From: Methanopyrus kandleri AV19
GTDB lineage: Archaea > JAADCQ01 > Methanopyri > Methanopyrales > Methanopyraceae
Reading direction: 5' to 3'
Assembly (NCBI RefSeq): GCF_000007185.1
Contig: NC_003551.1
Coordinates: forward strand, 1,590,001-1,622,000
DNA length: 32,000 nucleotides
In this document: positions 28,775 to 32,000 of the stretch, in pieces
Position numbering within the stretch: position 1 is the first letter of the stretch
How the letters are laid out: every line of letters begins with the position of its first letter
Program-made: the position numbers and the translations under genes
The notes under the pieces: generated by a model
Database searches by the model: none
Told to the model about the DNA's origin: nothing
The model's input: only the letters and a program-made list of their open reading frames with translations

Positions 28775-28929
28775 CCCCGGTTCGGCAGGCGGCGGTGAGG
28801 TGGGGGTTATCCGCCGATGAACCGCCGTTCAACGGCCGGGGTACACGGGCGATGAGCCCCGTGGCCCGACCGGGCGGAGGCGGGCTCGGTTCCCGGCGAT
28901 GACGCCCCGGTCCCGTCGGGCGGGGCACA
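28775..28929 (+). ncRNA. candidate double-hairpin K-turn sRNA (H/ACA-like), antisense to the flanking genes
   Basis: HP1: lower stem 28775-80/28836-41. Internal loop UUCGGCA / CAACGG. 9-bp helix 28788-96/28821-29. K-turn with GA (28797-98) facing GAU-GA (28816-20). Apical stem GGUGG/CCGCC with loop GGGUUAU. Then U-ACA (28843-45). HP2: stems 28856-60/28922-26 and 28864-70/28915-21. Helix CGGGCG/CGCCC(C)G. GA (28877-78) facing GAU-GA (28898-902). Apical stem GGCGGG/CCCGGC (one G.G mismatch) with loop CUCGGUU. Then ACA (28927-29). G+C ~75% in a non-coding spacer. No TATA box identified upstream. Confidence 0.4.
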
Positions 28930-28930
28930 G

Positions 28931-29374
28931 TCACTCCAGTCTCTCCATCACAAACCGACACTCTTCCTCATCGATGTCGATGCTCGCGGTTCTCATCCTG
29001 ACTCCGAAGGTCTCCTCGGTCGCTTTTAGCACCAGGGAGGCGAAGGGGCACACCACCGGGACCTTGTCACGCTTTAAGAGTTCCCGCTTCACATCCGAAA
29101 ACGGACACTCGACGATCCTCAGCTCAACAGTATTCTTCTTTTCTTCCGCTAGAACATCACCGATATCACCAAGCGATTCTATGGTTTTCTTCACGTCATG
29201 TGCTAATGAATTAGCCGTATCTCCAGTTATTTCCAATAGTTCCTCGTCTTTTATGTATTTCATCATTGCTCTACCTGCAATTCTATTTAGCGCCAATGCC
29301 ATTTCACCGTGAGTCTCGAATAGGGCCTCTTGAAGGCCTACGATAAACGCTTTGTATACTCGCTCTTTCGACAA
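28931..29374 (-). CDS. small V4R-like (4-vinyl-reductase domain) putative ligand-binding protein
   Basis: 147 aa: GEMALALNRIAGRAMMKYI...VELRIVECPFSDV...VPVVCPFASLVLKATEETFG...IDIDEEECRFVM. The spacing of the Cys-Pro-Phe motifs and the terminal Cys recalls V4R/COG1719 proteins. The 5' half is low in GC (~40% by hand count). Confidence 0.45.
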   Translation of the reverse strand: MSKERVYKAFIVGLQEALFETHGEMALALNRIAGRAMMKYIKDEELLEITGDTANSLAHDVKKTIESLGDIGDVLAEEKKNTVELRIVECPFSDVKRELLKRDKVPVVCPFASLVLKATEETFGVRMRTASIDIDEEECRFVMERLE

Positions 29375-29378
29375 CTGT

Positions 29379-30722
29379 CTACCCCCTTAGTACGTTCCGA
29401 ATTACCCTTCCGAGCTCTCCGCCGATGCGTGGGATCCTCCCGCTCTGGATGTCCTCGATCACGTCCTTCATCATGCGGTAGTGGTTCAGGAGCTCGATTA
29501 CGTCGCGCTCTGACGTACCCGAACCGATGGCGATGCGCCGGATTCGTGACTTGTTGAGAATTTCAGGATTTTCCAACTCCTTCTCCGTCATCGAGTCCAT
29601 AATGACCTTGTACTTCTTCAGGCGCTCCTCGGTGATCTGGGAGATCTTCCGAACGTTCCTTCCGCCTCCCATACCGGGCACGTACTGCAGGAGCTTGTCG
29701 ACGGGTCCCATCTTACTCAGTGCCTCTAGCTGCTCGTAGAGGTCCTTGAGGGTGAACTCTCCTTCCAGGACGTCCTCTGCCTTTTCCTCCTCTTCCAGCA
29801 TCTCTTCGGTCCGACGCAGGAGCTCGTCGATGTCTCCGATGCCCAGGAGCCTCGCGACGAAGCTCCTCGGGTTGAATTCTTCCAGGTCATCCACGCGTTC
29901 TCCGGTACCGACGAACTTGATCGGAGCTCCGGTCCGTGCCACCGCGGAGAGCGCTCCACCGCCTTTCGCCGCGGTGTCCAACTTGGTGATGACCACACCC
30001 GTGAGCTGAACCGCCTCGTGGAACGCCTCCGCGTGATCTCCCGCCTTCTGCCCTACCGTGGCGTCCAGGACCAAGAGTACCTCGTGCGGCTCGATACGTT
30101 CCGCCATCTCCCGAAGCTCGTCGATGAGGTCCTCGCTCAGGCGGTCCCTACCCGCCGTGTCCACGATCACGACATCACACTCGTCCTTGAGTGCCTCCAC
30201 ACCTTTGACGGCCATCTCGACGGCGTCATCAACGTCCTCCACGTGGACTGGGACATCTACCTCTTCGGCCAGTTGACGCAGCTGCTCACCCGCCGCGGGA
30301 CGATACGGGTCCGCACCGACGAGCCCGACACGGTATCCCTTCCGCTGGAGGTATCTGGCCAGTTTCGCGGCCGTGGTGGTTTTACCCATACCGTACAGTC
30401 CGACGAGCATGATGACGTTCACGTCGCGGGAGAGGTCGATGTCGAGGCCTTCCGTCTTCTCACCTCCAAGAAGCTCCACGAGCTCCTCGTACACTATCCG
30501 CAGTAGGTAGTCACGTTTCGGCACTCCCGCGGGTGGTTCCTCCTCGAGGGCTCGCTTTTCAATGCGCTTGCTCAGTTCTAGCACGAGCTTTACGTCGACG
30601 TCCGCCTCCAGAAGCGCACGTTGAACGTCGCGTACCACCTCCTTAACGAAATCCTCATCGATTATCGAGGCTCCTTTGATCTTCTTGGTGATTTCAGCAA
30701 GCCTATCGGCGAATCCTATCAC
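29379..30722 (-). CDS. srp54: signal recognition particle protein SRP54
   Basis: N domain ...VVRDVQRALLEADVDVKLV. G domain GLYGMGKTTTAAKLA, DTAGR, TKLD. C-terminal Met-rich M domain. The start is taken at GTG 30722, which overlaps the ftsY stop (GTGA). Confidence 0.95.
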   Translation of the reverse strand: MIGFADRLAEITKKIKGASIIDEDFVKEVVRDVQRALLEADVDVKLVLELSKRIEKRALEEEPPAGVPKRDYLLRIVYEELVELLGGEKTEGLDIDLSRDVNVIMLVGLYGMGKTTTAAKLARYLQRKGYRVGLVGADPYRPAAGEQLRQLAEEVDVPVHVEDVDDAVEMAVKGVEALKDECDVVIVDTAGRDRLSEDLIDELREMAERIEPHEVLLVLDATVGQKAGDHAEAFHEAVQLTGVVITKLDTAAKGGGALSAVARTGAPIKFVGTGERVDDLEEFNPRSFVARLLGIGDIDELLRRTEEMLEEEEKAEDVLEGEFTLKDLYEQLEALSKMGPVDKLLQYVPGMGGGRNVRKISQITEERLKKYKVIMDSMTEKELENPEILNKSRIRRIAIGSGTSERDVIELLNHYRMMKDVIEDIQSGRIPRIGGELGRVIRNVLRG

Positions 30723-31768
30723 GATTCTTCCCCCCCAATTACGCGCTCGACGAACCATTCCGGCGAGAACGCCTTTAAGTCGTCGTAATCCTGACCGACA
30801 CCCAGATACAGGATGGGGGCTCCCGTAACTTTCGATATAGAAAGTACGGCACCACCTTTGGCGTCCGCGTCGACTTTAGTCAGTATCGCGCAATCTATTC
30901 CCACGTATTCGTGGAATGTCTTAGCCTGCTCGATCGCGTCGTTTCCGGCCAGTGCGTCGCCTACGAATACGACGAGATCCGGTTCCAGAACTCGCTTCAT
31001 CTTTTTCAGTTCTTCCATTAAGTTAACGTCGGTGTACGCCCGTCCGGCGGTGTCGACGAGGACGACGTCCTTCCCCTTCGCTTCCGCGTGCTGCACAGCG
31101 TTGAAGGCCACCGCCGTCGGATCGTCTCCCCGCTCACCCTTGATCAGGGTGACGCCGAGTCTTTCCGCGTGCTCCTCCAACTGTTCAATAGCGGCCGCCC
31201 GGAACGTGTCGGCCGCGGCGATTACGACCGAGTAACCGTGATCCTTGAGCAGTTTCGCGACCTTGGCGATGGTGGTGGTCTTACCGCTCCCGTTCACACC
31301 GACGAACATGATGATGGCCGGTCGACCATCTTGCCGGGCCTTCTCAACGGTCTCCATGAGATCGACCTCTTTCTTCGGCTCGAGTACCGATAGGAGCGCT
31401 TCGCGGAAGCCCTCCTCTACGACCTTAGGAATCTCCGATTTACCCTTAACCCGACGGCCGACCAGCTCTTTCTTGAGCTCCTCCCGGATGCTCTCGGCGA
31501 CTTCAACCGCGACGTCGTTGCTTATGAGTTCCAGCTCCAGCTCGTCGAGGATGTCCTCGATGTCGGCCTCTGTGATCGTAACCTCACGCTTGACCACCCT
31601 CTTCAGGCGTTCCTTCAACGTGGGCTTCTTGAGGTCCTCCGGCATCGTTTCGACTTCCTTAACTTTTGCTTCCTCGGCCTCCTCTGCGCGCTCCTCCACG
31701 CGCTTCGCCACCTTCTCCTTTACCTTGCTTAGAACGCTCTTCATCTTGCCGAACAAGCTCGAAGGCAC
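30719..31768 (-). CDS. ftsY: SRP receptor FtsY
   Basis: Acidic and Lys-rich N-terminus, then NG domain GVNGSGKTTTIAKVA, DTAGR, TKVDADAKGG. Start uncertain: GTG 31768, TTG 31756 or ATG 31744. Confidence 0.93.
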   Translation of the reverse strand: MPSSLFGKMKSVLSKVKEKVAKRVEERAEEAEEAKVKEVETMPEDLKKPTLKERLKRVVKREVTITEADIEDILDELELELISNDVAVEVAESIREELKKELVGRRVKGKSEIPKVVEEGFREALLSVLEPKKEVDLMETVEKARQDGRPAIIMFVGVNGSGKTTTIAKVAKLLKDHGYSVVIAAADTFRAAAIEQLEEHAERLGVTLIKGERGDDPTAVAFNAVQHAEAKGKDVVLVDTAGRAYTDVNLMEELKKMKRVLEPDLVVFVGDALAGNDAIEQAKTFHEYVGIDCAILTKVDADAKGGAVLSISKVTGAPILYLGVGQDYDDLKAFSPEWFVERVIGGEES

Positions 31769-31797
31769 CCCCGAAAAACGTCGGGTTTCGGGAAGGA

Positions 31798-32000
31798 TTA
31801 CCCTCCACCGGACTGCTGGGCGATCCGCTGGGCACCTTCGAGCTGCTGCGCAAGTTCTTGTGCCTTCCTCTGCTTCTCCTGCAACTCCTGAGCCAGCTCC
31901 TGGAGCTTCTGCTGTGCTTCCGCGCGGGCTTTCTCTAGCTCCTGCCGCTGGTCGTCGATGCTCTCGAGTGCTTCATCGATCGTTCTCTCCACAGCCACGC
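31798..32000 (-). CDS. pfdA: prefoldin alpha subunit, C-terminal part (gene starts beyond the right edge)
   Basis: ...VAVERTIDEALESIDDQRQELEKARAEAQQKLQELAQELQEKQRKAQELAQQL is the C-terminal coiled coil after the beta-hairpin. The frame is open to the window edge. pfdA immediately upstream of ftsY is a common archaeal arrangement. Confidence 0.65.
   Translation of the reverse strand, partial: VAVERTIDEALESIDDQRQELEKARAEAQQKLQELAQELQEKQRKAQELAQQLEGAQRIAQQSGGG

Noticed and set aside
28741-28930. SRP (7S) RNA, suggested by proximity to srp54/ftsY and by a minus-strand stretch UAACCCCC...CCUGCCGAACC resembling an Alu-domain segment
   Set aside because: The spacer is only ~200 nt, whereas archaeal SRP RNA is ~300 nt. 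It would run into the aroK coding region. It also lacks the conserved GGAAG/AGCA helix-8 loops on either strand.
28734-28961. 75-aa ORF on the minus strand in the GC-rich spacer
   Set aside because: It is Gly/Pro/Arg-rich (…GRHRREPSPPPPGRATG…) with no RBS, and overlaps the end of the V4R-like gene. It is a composition-driven open frame in 75% G+C DNA.

Overview
This is a compact archaeal chromosomal segment, roughly 90% coding, GC-rich, with Glu/Arg/Val-rich proteins, many GTG/TTG starts, GGAGGTGA-type ribosome binding sites and frequent 1-20 nt gene overlaps. The gene content is archaeal housekeeping: ribosomal proteins uS2, uS15, eS17 and L7Ae, Rpo6/RpoK, aIF5B, PolD small subunit, Pth2, prefoldin alpha, SRP54 and FtsY. 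The methanofuran gene mfnB, Mur-ligase/ATP-grasp genes and the composition lead me to infer a hyperthermophilic methanogen of the Methanopyrus type; this is an inference, not a database match. I support about 39 CDS. Two are absent from the ORF track: an APC-type permease running off the left edge, and a 56-aa RpoK. I found no rRNA, tRNA, CRISPR array, IS element or obvious defence system. The most interesting signal is the ~200-nt spacer at 28728-28930, about 75% G+C by hand count. On the + strand it folds into two hairpins of nearly identical design, each with a kink-turn geometry (GA / 5-6 bp stem / 7-nt loop / GAU bulge / GA) and each followed by ACA. That suggests an unannotated L7Ae-binding, H/ACA-like double-hairpin sRNA. 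Other points worth a second look:
- a box C/D-like K-turn in the L7Ae mRNA leader, abutting its Shine-Dalgarno sequence
- an ATP-grasp/Mur-ligase gene pair whose reading frames switch at a (GGT)3 tract
- an HTH-DUF2179 fusion regulator
- two unusually long non-coding gaps (17762-18199; 24200-24639, the latter ~43% GC with ATCACT repeats)
- several low-GC coding patches
- a translationally coupled pfdA-ftsY-srp54 run
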